A DNA stretch of 64,000 bases, taken from Tepidisphaera sp. Its GTDB lineage: Bacteria > Planctomycetota > Phycisphaerae > Phycisphaerales > UBA1924. The stretch is taken from the NCBI GenBank assembly GCA_050916045.1, contig CP051526.1:1216001-1280000 (forward strand), given 5' to 3'. The translations under genes were made by a program, and so were the position numbers. Of this stretch, positions 28,461 to 37,424 are shown piece by piece. How positions within the stretch are numbered: position 1 is the first letter of the stretch; every line of letters begins with the position of its first letter. The notes under the pieces are model-generated. The model ran no database searches and was not told where the DNA came from. It saw only the letters and a program-made list of their open reading frames with translations.

Positions 28461-28880
28461 GTGCTGCCATCGTTTGAAGAACGGAGCGTCTGGGTCCAGT
28501 TGATCGCGATCGGGCTTGCCATCGCGGGCTATGCGTCTGTCTCGGGGGTCATGCTTTCGAAAGGCATCGACACCTTCGCCGCGTACGTTCCGCTCTTCAT
28601 GGTTTCGGCGGCTCTGCTCGTCGTGCTTCTGGTGATCGGCCACATCATCGCCGCGGTGGTGGGCCGGCCTGAGCGTCGTGACGAACGAGATCGGCTGATC
28701 GGCTGGCGAGCCGAAAGCAACTCCTCCTGGCTTCTCGGCACGGGCATCTTCGGAGCGCTGACCGCGATGGTTCTCGAGGTTCCGACGGTGTGGGTCGCTC
28801 ACATCCTGCTGGGAGCCGTCTACGCGAGCGAGATGCTCAAGCTCGCGCTTCAAGCAGCGTACTACCGCCGGGGGTGCTGA
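28461..28880 (+). CDS. Four-TM membrane protein (DUF2178-like, DERD motif)
   Basis: SFEERSVW, ERRDERDRLI and terminal YYRRG; typical partner of XRE regulators; GGGAG RBS plus GTG. Confidence 0.7.
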   Translation: MLPSFEERSVWVQLIAIGLAIAGYASVSGVMLSKGIDTFAAYVPLFMVSAALLVVLLVIGHIIAAVVGRPERRDERDRLIGWRAESNSSWLLGTGIFGALTAMVLEVPTVWVAHILLGAVYASEMLKLALQAAYYRRGC

Positions 28881-28882
28881 CC

Positions 28883-29131
28883 GTGCCTCCAACCGGACTT
28901 CGCAACCACATCCGCACGCTCCGCTTCCACGCCGGCGAGATGACTCAGCAGACGCTCGCCGACCGCATCGGCGTCAGCCGTCAGACCCTCAACGCCATCG
29001 AGGGCGGGAAATACTCCCCCTCGCTGGAGGTCGCGTTCAAGATCGCTCTGGCTCTGGGCAAACGGCTTGACGAGGTGTTTGAGTACGGCGAATGCGTCGC
29101 TGCCGCGTCAATCACTCCCAGCGCCTCGTGA
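28883..29131 (+). CDS. XRE/Cro family HTH transcriptional regulator
   Basis: LRNHIRTLR..MTQQTLADRIGVSRQTLNAIEGGKYSPSLEVAFKIA. Confidence 0.92.
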   Translation: MPPTGLRNHIRTLRFHAGEMTQQTLADRIGVSRQTLNAIEGGKYSPSLEVAFKIALALGKRLDEVFEYGECVAAASITPSAS

Positions 29132-29282
29132 CGGTTCGCCAATGTGTGGGGAGGCTAGGAAGCCTCCGCTTCGACCGCTCTCGCCAAACGGACGCGACGC
29201 CATCGGGCAAACTTGACGCTGAGGTGATACTCTGTGGCCGTGCGGCAATTGAGAGACGGCAAGCGGCAAAAGGAGTTTCCTC

Positions 29283-29531
29283 ATGCAATCAGAAGTTCGA
29301 ATCGAAAGGCTTGAACGGGCGGTACGTCAATTAACTCTGGCTGTGGTTGCGGCGACGGCATTTGGAATGGGGTGCTTTCTGACTGGTCTTGGTGTGCCCG
29401 CCCAGGCACCGACGTTCCAGCCCGTGGCCGTAGATAATCCTGCAGGATTTGTCGTTCTGCCGGGAAGCATGAACGGAAACAGGCTAAATGGTCTTCAGGT
29501 TGACTATACGGTTGTTCAGAAGAATCCGTGA
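29283..29531 (+). CDS. Small membrane or exported protein in low-GC islet
   Basis: AAGGAG RBS; RIERLER coiled start followed by a hydrophobic helix. Confidence 0.55.
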   Translation: MQSEVRIERLERAVRQLTLAVVAATAFGMGCFLTGLGVPAQAPTFQPVAVDNPAGFVVLPGSMNGNRLNGLQVDYTVVQKNP

Positions 29532-29581
29532 AAATGGAGGTATGCGAGGCATTTATAGAAATAGGTACCCAAAGCGATCAG

Positions 29582-30317
29582 ATGGAAGATAAGTTTACGG
29601 GCTCAATTGAAGAATTAAAGACCGCACTGGCCAATGCGGGATACTCGAGGGCATGGTCGGAGCTTGCCCACGGACAATCGCAGTTCCGCGCTAAAGACGG
29701 TTCTGTCTTGAATTGGTGGACGAATAGTGGCACACTCACCACCCAAGGTAGCAAGGAGCCGGCAGAGAAGCTTCGACTTGCAGTTCTTGACCATCTTGGA
29801 GTTGGAACGTCTCCGGGTCCTGCTGGTCGAGCCTTGACCAGATCGAAGAGACAGATTTTTGTTGTGCACGGACATGATGACGTCACGAGATCAACTGGAA
29901 TTGGCATTGCGGCGCTTGGGCCTTGAGCCGTTCATTTTAATGAACTCCTCGGGTGACGGCAAGACCATCATCGAATCGCTTGAAGGACATATTGGACGTG
30001 ACTATTCGTCAGACTTCGGAATTGTTCTGATGACGCCTGATGACATGGGCTACGCAAAGCGTGAGGGCGACACAAAGTCGGAACCGCGAGCACGGCAAAA
30101 TGTTATTCTTGAAACGGGGATGCTCTTGGCGTCCTTGACAAGAAATCGAATGGCATTGCTGGTCAAGGGGCATCTGGAAATTCCATCTGACCTGCAGGGC
30201 ATCATTCGATTGCCGTTTAATGACTCCATAAAGGATGTCATACCCAAGCTTTGCCTGAGGCTCCGGGAAGCGGGAATCGAACTCGATCAGGCCAAAATCT
30301 CCGATGCGTGTTCTTGA
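29582..30317 (+). pseudogene. Frameshifted nucleotide-binding protein with TIR-like (CAP12/Pycsar-type) domain
   Basis: Frame 1 reaches IFVVHGHDDV; the +1 frame continues SRDQLELALRRLGLEPFIL..FGIVLMTPDD..RARQNVILETG..EIPSDLQGI. Break near 29880-29886. Confidence 0.8.
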
Positions 30318-30340
30318 GGGCCGGCATGTGTTTGCGAGAT

Positions 30341-31693
30341 TTACTTCCGAACCTCTTCAGTATCCGGAGCCGGCACTTCGATCTCGATCCACACCGGGAA
30401 GTGATCGCTCGGGAACGCCGGCTTGTCGAAAGGCGAGCCGGCGGGGGTCGGAGAAACCGGCGAACCTGTGGGCGAGCCTGCGGCCGCCCCTGGAGGTATG
30501 GTCGCGTGAGCGGCGGGCTTGCCCGTCACCGGCGCGTGCCGCCACACCCCAGAATTCAGCACCTTCACCGACTTGCTCGGTAGCGCGTAATCCACCCGAA
30601 GCTTGAACATCGCGGTGTCCCACGGATCAAGCCCCTCGATCTTCACATCGCTCTCGGGCACGACCGCCGAGTTCACGTGCCGCGACTTGAAAAGCATCTT
30701 CGCGATCGGGCTCCGGAACGAGTCGCCGTCCTTCGGATCGGCGTTGAGGTCGCCGAGCACGACGAAGGGGATCGTCACGCCCACCAGCGGGCCTTCCTTC
30801 CGCATGATCAGCCCGCCCTCCAGGCCCTTGTCATCCACCACGCCCGGTAGATTGTCGATGTAGTCGCGGATCAGGCGGATCTCATCGTGGTTGCGACGCT
30901 TGTTCCGCATCTCCGGCCCGTCGAACGCCGGCGGCGTCGGGTGGCTGCAAAGCACGCGAAGCTCCGCGCCGTTGGGCAGCTTGACCGGCACGTCCCACAG
31001 GCTCTTGCTCGAAAGCCGCATCGCGGTCTTGGCTTCCCCCGCGTACCAGTCTGTCCCGTCCGCCGCCAGCGGCATCAGGTTCCCCGGCATGTAGTCCCAC
31101 GGATAAAGCTGAAAGGTCCGCACGTGCTCCGCATCGATCGTGAGCCGCTCATCGACGAGGAGCGTCATCGCGTACTGCCCCGGAAACGTCCCGAATCCCC
31201 AGCAGTCGTTGCCGAACGCGCGGCCCTCGGGCGTCTGATCGCCGGGTGAACCGTCGGGCTTGGTTCCTGGCGGCACCGGATAGGTGTTCGTGACCTTGCC
31301 GTCGCGATCGAGGTCAAACCCGCTGAAGAGGCCGGTGTTGCTTGGCGCGGTGAACGCTTTGTACTTGATGGGCTTGACGTCCGTCGCCTGCGCAACCGCG
31401 AGGAAGGTGTCGGCGAAGCGCTGACCGTTCTGCCCCTCAGGGTCGCCTTCCTTGTATCCCGGCGCGCCCTTCATGTCGTACGCGACCTCGTTCAGCAGGA
31501 TGATGTTTGGCCGGATCCGCTGGATGACCTCGGCAAGACGCCGAAGCCGGGCGTGCGCGGGGTCCCGAAGGTCCTCGGTCCGAACGTCCTCCACGTTGAA
31601 CGTCGCGACCCGAATGACCACCGGCCCCGCCGGGGCGCGGTCCGCCGCCGGAGCGGCCAACGCGGAGATCACGAGAGCAAGGCTCGAAAGCAT
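30341..31693 (-). CDS. Secreted endonuclease/exonuclease/phosphatase family protein
   Basis: Signal peptide; VATFNV, LLNE, RLSSKS, SHPTPPAFDG, LGDLNAD, RVDY, PSDHFPVW. Confidence 0.9.
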   Translation of the reverse strand: MLSSLALVISALAAPAADRAPAGPVVIRVATFNVEDVRTEDLRDPAHARLRRLAEVIQRIRPNIILLNEVAYDMKGAPGYKEGDPEGQNGQRFADTFLAVAQATDVKPIKYKAFTAPSNTGLFSGFDLDRDGKVTNTYPVPPGTKPDGSPGDQTPEGRAFGNDCWGFGTFPGQYAMTLLVDERLTIDAEHVRTFQLYPWDYMPGNLMPLAADGTDWYAGEAKTAMRLSSKSLWDVPVKLPNGAELRVLCSHPTPPAFDGPEMRNKRRNHDEIRLIRDYIDNLPGVVDDKGLEGGLIMRKEGPLVGVTIPFVVLGDLNADPKDGDSFRSPIAKMLFKSRHVNSAVVPESDVKIEGLDPWDTAMFKLRVDYALPSKSVKVLNSGVWRHAPVTGKPAAHATIPPGAAAGSPTGSPVSPTPAGSPFDKPAFPSDHFPVWIEIEVPAPDTEEVRK

Positions 31694-31807
31694 CGGCCGA
31701 AGGGTACCCGCGCGTTATCGGTGTGGCCGCGATCTGACGCCCGGGAGGGTCGCTCCGCGTGCGCCGTCCTTGATGGTCCAGGAGCCCGGCCACCCCTTCG
31801 CGCAAGA

Positions 31808-31835
31808 TCAACCGGCCCCGACCGCGGGTCGATGA
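31808..31835 (+). promoter_or_regulatory. Sigma28-like promoter upstream of fliL
   Basis: TCAA-N16-GTCGATGA, similar to TAAA-N15-GCCGATAA. Confidence 0.45.
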
Positions 31836-31898
31836 GGTCAACTGGGGGTCGGCCCCGCCGCGCCGGGTCGCGGCGCCGAGCACCCCGGGAGACCCACG

Positions 31899-32438
31899 AT
31901 GGCCGCCGAGGAAAAGAAGGAAGCCGCCCCCGCAGAAGCGGCACCCAAGAAAAAGGGCTCCAAGCTCCCCATCATCATCGCCGGACTCATGATCGTCGAG
32001 GCCGTCGGCGTCTACATGGTCGTCGGGATGATCAATAAGAAGCCCGCGACCGCCGACGCCACCACCCTCGCCAAGGGCGACGATCAGTCCAAGGAAGAGT
32101 TTGTCGAGATCCCCATCGTCGAGGACAACTTCCAGAACATGCAGACCGGCCGCGTGTGGGTCTGGGACGCGTCCATCACCGTCCGCGTCCGCAAACGCTA
32201 CGAGGAGAAGGTCAACGGCCTGCTCCAGAAGCGGGTGGCCGAGATCCACGAGGGCATCGCGACGATCTTCCGCCGGGCCACCTCGGCTCAGCTCAAGGAA
32301 CCGGGCCTCGAGACCATCAACCGCCAGCTCACGGCGTACCTGGATGAGGTCTTCGGCAAGGACACCACCGGCGAAGAGCCTGTCAGCCACATCGAGCGGG
32401 TGCTGATCCCCCGGTGCCGAGGCTTCCCCGCCGAATAA
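31899..32438 (+). CDS. fliL: Flagellar basal body-associated protein FliL
   Basis: MAAEEKK..KKK + TM + FliL-like domain; first gene of the flagellar export cluster. Confidence 0.7.
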   Translation: MAAEEKKEAAPAEAAPKKKGSKLPIIIAGLMIVEAVGVYMVVGMINKKPATADATTLAKGDDQSKEEFVEIPIVEDNFQNMQTGRVWVWDASITVRVRKRYEEKVNGLLQKRVAEIHEGIATIFRRATSAQLKEPGLETINRQLTAYLDEVFGKDTTGEEPVSHIERVLIPRCRGFPAE

Positions 32439-32618
32439 CGGCCCGGGCGGGCCGGCGACATGGGGTGAACGCCCCCGGAAAAGTTACAGGACGTGGTTTG
32501 GTCCGTTCCTGCGCCTTTTTCTTGCGCCGAAGGGGGGGGTCGAATTATGGCTTTGGAGGCGGTCTGAGCCGATTCCACCCTGCCCCCGGGGAGTCCGGGG
32601 CATTCAGGGAGGCCACGG

Positions 32619-33101
32619 ATGGCCGAAGACACGACCAATTCCAGCAATCCAACCGATTCCACCACTGGCGCGACCCCCGGCGGCGCGGGATCCATGGCGG
32701 AAGCCGCGCTGAACGCGGCGCAGGAAGCCGTCGCCGGTCTGGCCGGCGGCCTGGGGGTGGGCAAGACGCCAACCGGCGCGACGCCCATGCCGCTTCCCGC
32801 CCTCACGGCCAACCTCTCCCCCGCACAACAGAAAGCCATCGAGCTGCTCTCGGACGTCAACCTCGACGTCAAGATCGAGCTCGGCCGCGCCCGCATGCTC
32901 GTCGAGGACGTCCTCAAGCTCAGCGAGGGCGCGGTGGTGGAGCTCGACAAGCTTGCGGGTGATCCGGTGGACATCTTTGTGAACAACCGGCATGTCGCCC
33001 GCGGCGAGGTGCTTGTGCTCAACGACAGCTTCTGCGTTCGTGTCAGTGAGATTCTGCAGCAGGTGAGCGACCCGGCAACGGCCGTCGCGACGCCCGCGTG
33101 A
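32619..33101 (+). CDS. fliN: Flagellar motor switch protein FliN
   Basis: [41 protein letters not shown]. Confidence 0.93.
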   Translation: MAEDTTNSSNPTDSTTGATPGGAGSMAEAALNAAQEAVAGLAGGLGVGKTPTGATPMPLPALTANLSPAQQKAIELLSDVNLDVKIELGRARMLVEDVLKLSEGAVVELDKLAGDPVDIFVNNRHVARGEVLVLNDSFCVRVSEILQQVSDPATAVATPA

Positions 33102-33172
33102 GATTGACAAGACCCTCTGAATGAAGCACGGCACGCGAGTGCCGGGTGGCGACTCTGCCCGTGGAGATGGCG

Positions 33173-34213
33173 ATGACGAAGTTTGGCAAGCACAACCCGG
33201 TCCTGGCCGCACTGCTGGCCGCTTCGTTCGCGACGTGCGCCTCCGCCGGTCCGGAAGACACCTTCATCGGCCCCATGCCGATCAAGCCCGAGCCCGCTTC
33301 GGTCGCTCCGACCCAGCCGAGAACCAACGCTTCGACTGCCGCCCCGGCTTCAGCCCCCGCCGCTGAGTTCCGCGAGCCCGCTGCTCAGCCTGCGCCGGAA
33401 CGGGCCGAACCCGTCAAGCCCCTCGATCTCGCTCCCCTCGCCGAGTCCGTCAAGGCGTCCCGGCCCAATCCCGACGCACAGATCGCGCTGGGCGGAAAGT
33501 CCAAAGCCGAATCGCAGCCCGCGACTCCCTCCTCCGAAGCGCCCGCGACAACCGGCTTGGGTGTGACCCGCACGATCCTCTCGCTTTCTGTCGTCATCGC
33601 GCTCATCCTTCTCATCGCGGGCGTGGTCAAGAAGCTCTCCGGCCGCGTCGGCGGTCTGACCGCCGCTCTGGGCGCCGCCGGCAAGGCCCCGTCGGGCATC
33701 CTGTCGATCCTCGGCCGATACCCGCTGGACCGCTCGACCACCCTGATCCTGCTCCGAGTCGATCGCCGCGTCCTACTGCTCTGCCAGACGCGAGCCAGCG
33801 GCCGCTTTGGTTCGGGCACGGCTTGCGTCGTCACCCTCAGCGAGTTCGCGTCCGAAGCGGACGTCGCGTCCATCGTCGCAAAGGCGACCGCTGCGGACGG
33901 GAAAGCCCCTTCGCAGCGCTTCCAGCAGGCTCTCGAGGATGAGGGTGTCCTTCCCGAAGAGCCCGCGCCCGCCCGTCCCGCTCCGGCCGCCAAGCCCGCC
34001 AAGAAGCAGACGGAGCAGGAAGCCCTCGCCGCGATGCTCCGGGCCGCTCTCGAAGCTTCGAAAGCCGAACGGCCCGCCGCGGCTCCGGCCACGCCCAAGC
34101 CCTCCAAGATCGGCGGATCCGACGCCGCCGCCGAACTTCGCACCCGCCTTGCCGCGATGCGTGCCAAAGCCGCTCTCGGCGGCAACCCCCGCCGCACGGA
34201 GATGGTCGCTTGA
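33173..34213 (+). CDS. fliO: Flagellar biosynthesis protein FliO (extended)
   Basis: Signal peptide, Pro-rich region, TM, then LSILGRYPL..LILLRVDRRVLLL; lies between fliN and fliP. Confidence 0.75.
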   Translation: MTKFGKHNPVLAALLAASFATCASAGPEDTFIGPMPIKPEPASVAPTQPRTNASTAAPASAPAAEFREPAAQPAPERAEPVKPLDLAPLAESVKASRPNPDAQIALGGKSKAESQPATPSSEAPATTGLGVTRTILSLSVVIALILLIAGVVKKLSGRVGGLTAALGAAGKAPSGILSILGRYPLDRSTTLILLRVDRRVLLLCQTRASGRFGSGTACVVTLSEFASEADVASIVAKATAADGKAPSQRFQQALEDEGVLPEEPAPARPAPAAKPAKKQTEQEALAAMLRAALEASKAERPAAAPATPKPSKIGGSDAAAELRTRLAAMRAKAALGGNPRRTEMVA

Positions 34214-35178
34214 AGCTGATCGCCGCGTTCATCCTGAGCCTGATCGCGCTGACCGCGCCGGCATGGGCCCAGGAGGTTCAGGGCCCCGGCATCCGCCAGC
34301 CCTCAACCCCCGGCCAGTATCGCCCGGTCATGGACGTTCCCGAGCTCCCCTCCGGGTCGGTCAATCCGATCCAGCTTCTTGACCAAGCGTCCCGCGCTCT
34401 GCCCGGTGGCAAGGGCGCCTCCGAAGACCGCCCCGGTATCAGCCCGATCGTGAGCGTGATGGTGCTGCTCACCGTCGTGAGCCTCGCGCCCGCGATCATG
34501 CTCATGACGACCTGCTTTGTCAGGGTGATCGTCGTCCTCGGTCTGCTCAAGCAGGCGATGGGCACGCAGACGATCCCGCCGCCGCAGGTGACCACGGGTC
34601 TGGCGCTCTTCATGACCATGCTCGTCATGGCGCCCACCGTCGAACGCATCAACCGCGAAGCCATCGTCCCGTATCAGCAGGGCCAGATCCGCGACTACGA
34701 CGAGCTCTGGGACCGTGCCAAGCAGCCGATGCGCGACTTCATGTTCGCCCAGATCGATGCCACCGGCAACTGGTCCAGCGTCTACATGGTCCTGGATTAC
34801 CGCGGCGTGGACACCAGCGAGCCCGAGAAGCTCACCCGCGCCGATGTCGACATGGTCACGCTCGTCCCCGCTTTCCTCCTCTCCGAGCTCAAGACCGCCT
34901 TCATCATGGGGTTCCGCATCTACCTGCCCTTCCTCGTGATCGACATGGTCATCAGCACGATCCTCATCTCCATGAGCATGATGATGCTCCCGCCCGTCAT
35001 GATCAGCCTGCCGTTCAAGCTCCTCCTCTTCGTCATGGTGGATGGCTGGCAGCTCATCGTCGGGAGCCTGATGCGGAGCTTCGAGCAGCCCGCGGCCGTC
35101 CACGCCGCCGCTTCGCTCGGCCGCCAGCTTCCCTCGATCCACTCCACCCTCCAGAGCTTCATGCCCTGGCTTGCCTAG
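34210..35178 (+). CDS. fliP: Flagellar export gate protein FliP
   Basis: MTTCFVR, QTIPPPQV, PAFLLSELKTAF, MMMLPP..ISLPFKLLLFVMVDGW. Confidence 0.96.
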   Translation: MKLIAAFILSLIALTAPAWAQEVQGPGIRQPSTPGQYRPVMDVPELPSGSVNPIQLLDQASRALPGGKGASEDRPGISPIVSVMVLLTVVSLAPAIMLMTTCFVRVIVVLGLLKQAMGTQTIPPPQVTTGLALFMTMLVMAPTVERINREAIVPYQQGQIRDYDELWDRAKQPMRDFMFAQIDATGNWSSVYMVLDYRGVDTSEPEKLTRADVDMVTLVPAFLLSELKTAFIMGFRIYLPFLVIDMVISTILISMSMMMLPPVMISLPFKLLLFVMVDGWQLIVGSLMRSFEQPAAVHAAASLGRQLPSIHSTLQSFMPWLA

Positions 35179-35189
35179 GAGCTCCCCGC

Positions 35190-35450
35190 GTGTCGCTCGA
35201 CCAATCGACCATCGAACTGGTGCAGCAGGCCCTGATCATCACGCTCAAGGTCACGGCGCCCATCCTCGCCGCCGGCGTGATCATCGGCCTGATCGTCAGC
35301 GTCTTGCAAGCGGTCACCTCCATCCAGGACCAGACCATCGCCACGGTCCCCAAGATCATCATCATGCTCATCGTCGCGATCCTCCTCACGGGCTGGATCG
35401 TGCAGCGTCTCATCGATTACTCCGGGATGCTCTTCACGCTCAAGGTCTAG
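35190..35450 (+). CDS. fliQ: Flagellar export gate protein FliQ
   Basis: GLIVSVLQAVTSIQDQT..VPKI. Confidence 0.93.
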   Translation: MSLDQSTIELVQQALIITLKVTAPILAAGVIIGLIVSVLQAVTSIQDQTIATVPKIIIMLIVAILLTGWIVQRLIDYSGMLFTLKV

Positions 35451-35471
35451 CTCCGCCCACGCCCCGCGCGA

Positions 35472-36269
35472 ATGAACGCGATCACGCCCATCCTCGACCA
35501 CGTCGTCCCCTTCTGCCTCGTGCTGGCCAGGGTGGCGGGGTTGTTCATCGCGGCCCCGATCCTCGCCAACGTGAGCGTGCCGATGCGGGCGCGGGCGTTG
35601 CTTGCCGCGGCCCTCGCCGTCGCCCTTTACCCTGTCGTGCCGCGTGAATACCAGAGCACATCCACGATCGGCTTCCTCGACCTGCTCCCCGCGATCTTGG
35701 GCGAGATGCTGATCGGCGGCGCGATGGGCATGATCGCCGTGATCCCGCTGGTCGCGATGGACATGGCGGGCACCTTCTCCGGCCAGATCATGGGCCTTGG
35801 TCTCGCCCGCGTGTTCAACCCCGAAATGGACGGCGACTTTGACGTCCTGGGTCAGTTCCTCTACATCATGGCGGGCGCGATCTTCGTCCTGGTCGGCGGC
35901 GTCGAGTCGCTGTTTCTCGCCCTGGCGGGCACGTTTCGCACGCTTCCCGCCGGCGGCATCGGCCTCACCGACGCTCCGCTTTCCCTGTTTGTGGACACGG
36001 TGACGTCCGGGCTTCAGCTCGCGATCCGCGTGAGCCTTCCCGTGCTCGGGATCGTCTCGCTTCTCACGGTTGCGCTGGGCGCGGTGGGCAAGACGATGCC
36101 GCAGATGAACGTCATGAACGTCGGGTTCACCTTCAAGTCGTACGCCGGCCTGGCGATGCTGACCGCCGCGATCGGCGGCGTTGCGATCGTCTGCGGCGAT
36201 GAGATCACCTTCGTCCTTAACCAGATCAGCGTCTGGGCGTCCGAACTCGGCGCCCCCGCGATGGACTGA
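35472..36269 (+). CDS. fliR: Flagellar export gate protein FliR
   Basis: Multi-TM; GEMLIG, QIMGL, KTMPQMNV..VGF. Confidence 0.92.
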   Translation: MNAITPILDHVVPFCLVLARVAGLFIAAPILANVSVPMRARALLAAALAVALYPVVPREYQSTSTIGFLDLLPAILGEMLIGGAMGMIAVIPLVAMDMAGTFSGQIMGLGLARVFNPEMDGDFDVLGQFLYIMAGAIFVLVGGVESLFLALAGTFRTLPAGGIGLTDAPLSLFVDTVTSGLQLAIRVSLPVLGIVSLLTVALGAVGKTMPQMNVMNVGFTFKSYAGLAMLTAAIGGVAIVCGDEITFVLNQISVWASELGAPAMD

Positions 36270-36290
36270 CCCCCTTCCGGAGCACCTCCC

Positions 36291-37364
36291 TTGGCCGAAG
36301 ACATGGGCGACAAGACAGAGCAGCCGTCGCAGAAAAAGCTCGGCGACGCCCGCGAGAAGGGCCAGATCGCCAAGAGCATCGACCTCTCCGGAGCCGTCGA
36401 TCTCATCGGCGCCGCGCTGCTCCTCGCCGGGTCCGGCGCGCTGCTCCTCGCCCTCGGTGGCGCCCTCATGCGAAGCCAGCTCGTCTCCGGCGTCGGCAGC
36501 GAGGCTCTGGACTTCAAGTCCACGATCCTGATGATCCGTGAAGCCGCCATCAAGTGCGGCCTGGCCATGGTCCCCTTCATGATCGCCGCCGCCGGCATCG
36601 CCGCCCTCTCCCACATCCTTCAGGTCGGCTTCAACTGGTCCGGACACCCGCTCATCCCTGATCTCAACCGCCTCAACCCCGTCTCCGGCTTCCAGCGCGT
36701 CCTCAGCATGAAGGGCATCGCCAAAGGCCTCGCCGGCATGCTCAAGCTCGCGGTGGTGGGGTGGATCACGTGGGTGCTCATCAAGAACCAAGCACCGCTG
36801 ATCGCCGCGCTCCCCGCCATGGGCCTGGCTTCGGGCATGCTGATGATCGGCATCCTCGCCGCGAAAGCCGCCGCATGGATCCTCATCCTTCTCCTCGCCA
36901 TCGGCGTCGTCGATTACGGCTTCAACTGGTGGCAGCACCACAAGAACCTCCGCATGACCAAGCAGGAGGTCAAGGACGAGCACAAGGACATGGAGGGTGA
37001 CCCGCACCTCAAGGGTCGCCGAATGAAGGTCATGCGGCAACTCGCCCAGCAGCGAGCCCAGAACGTCGTCCCCAAAGCCGACGTCATCATCACCAACCCC
37101 ACGCACTTCTCCGTCGCCATCAAGTACGACCAGGGCAAGATGGGCGCCCCGCGCGTCATCGCCAAGGGCGTCGATCACCTCGCGTTCGAGATCCGCAAGA
37201 TCGCCAAAGCCCACGACGTCCCGATCCTCGAACGCCCGCCGCTGGCGAGAGCTCTCTACTACGCCGTCGACGTCGGCGGCGAGGTCCCCCCCGAGCAGTA
37301 CCAGGCCGTCGCCGAAGTCCTCGCCTACGTCTACCGCCTCAAGCAACGCATCGCCGCCGCCTAA
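36291..37364 (+). CDS. flhB: Flagellar export protein FlhB
   Basis: KTEQPS..AREKGQ, MTKQEVKDEHK..EGDP, ITNPTH autocleavage motif, PPLARALY. Confidence 0.96.
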   Translation: MAEDMGDKTEQPSQKKLGDAREKGQIAKSIDLSGAVDLIGAALLLAGSGALLLALGGALMRSQLVSGVGSEALDFKSTILMIREAAIKCGLAMVPFMIAAAGIAALSHILQVGFNWSGHPLIPDLNRLNPVSGFQRVLSMKGIAKGLAGMLKLAVVGWITWVLIKNQAPLIAALPAMGLASGMLMIGILAAKAAAWILILLLAIGVVDYGFNWWQHHKNLRMTKQEVKDEHKDMEGDPHLKGRRMKVMRQLAQQRAQNVVPKADVIITNPTHFSVAIKYDQGKMGAPRVIAKGVDHLAFEIRKIAKAHDVPILERPPLARALYYAVDVGGEVPPEQYQAVAEVLAYVYRLKQRIAAA

Positions 37365-37424
37365 ACCCCCTGTCCGCCGTCCCGCACGCTCTTCTGATCC
37401 AAGCCCGAAACGGAACCGCGTCCC

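Noticed and set aside
29132..30340. Mobile element or integrase explaining the low-GC islet
   Set aside because: No transposase, integrase, tRNA or flanking direct or inverted repeats were found by eye.
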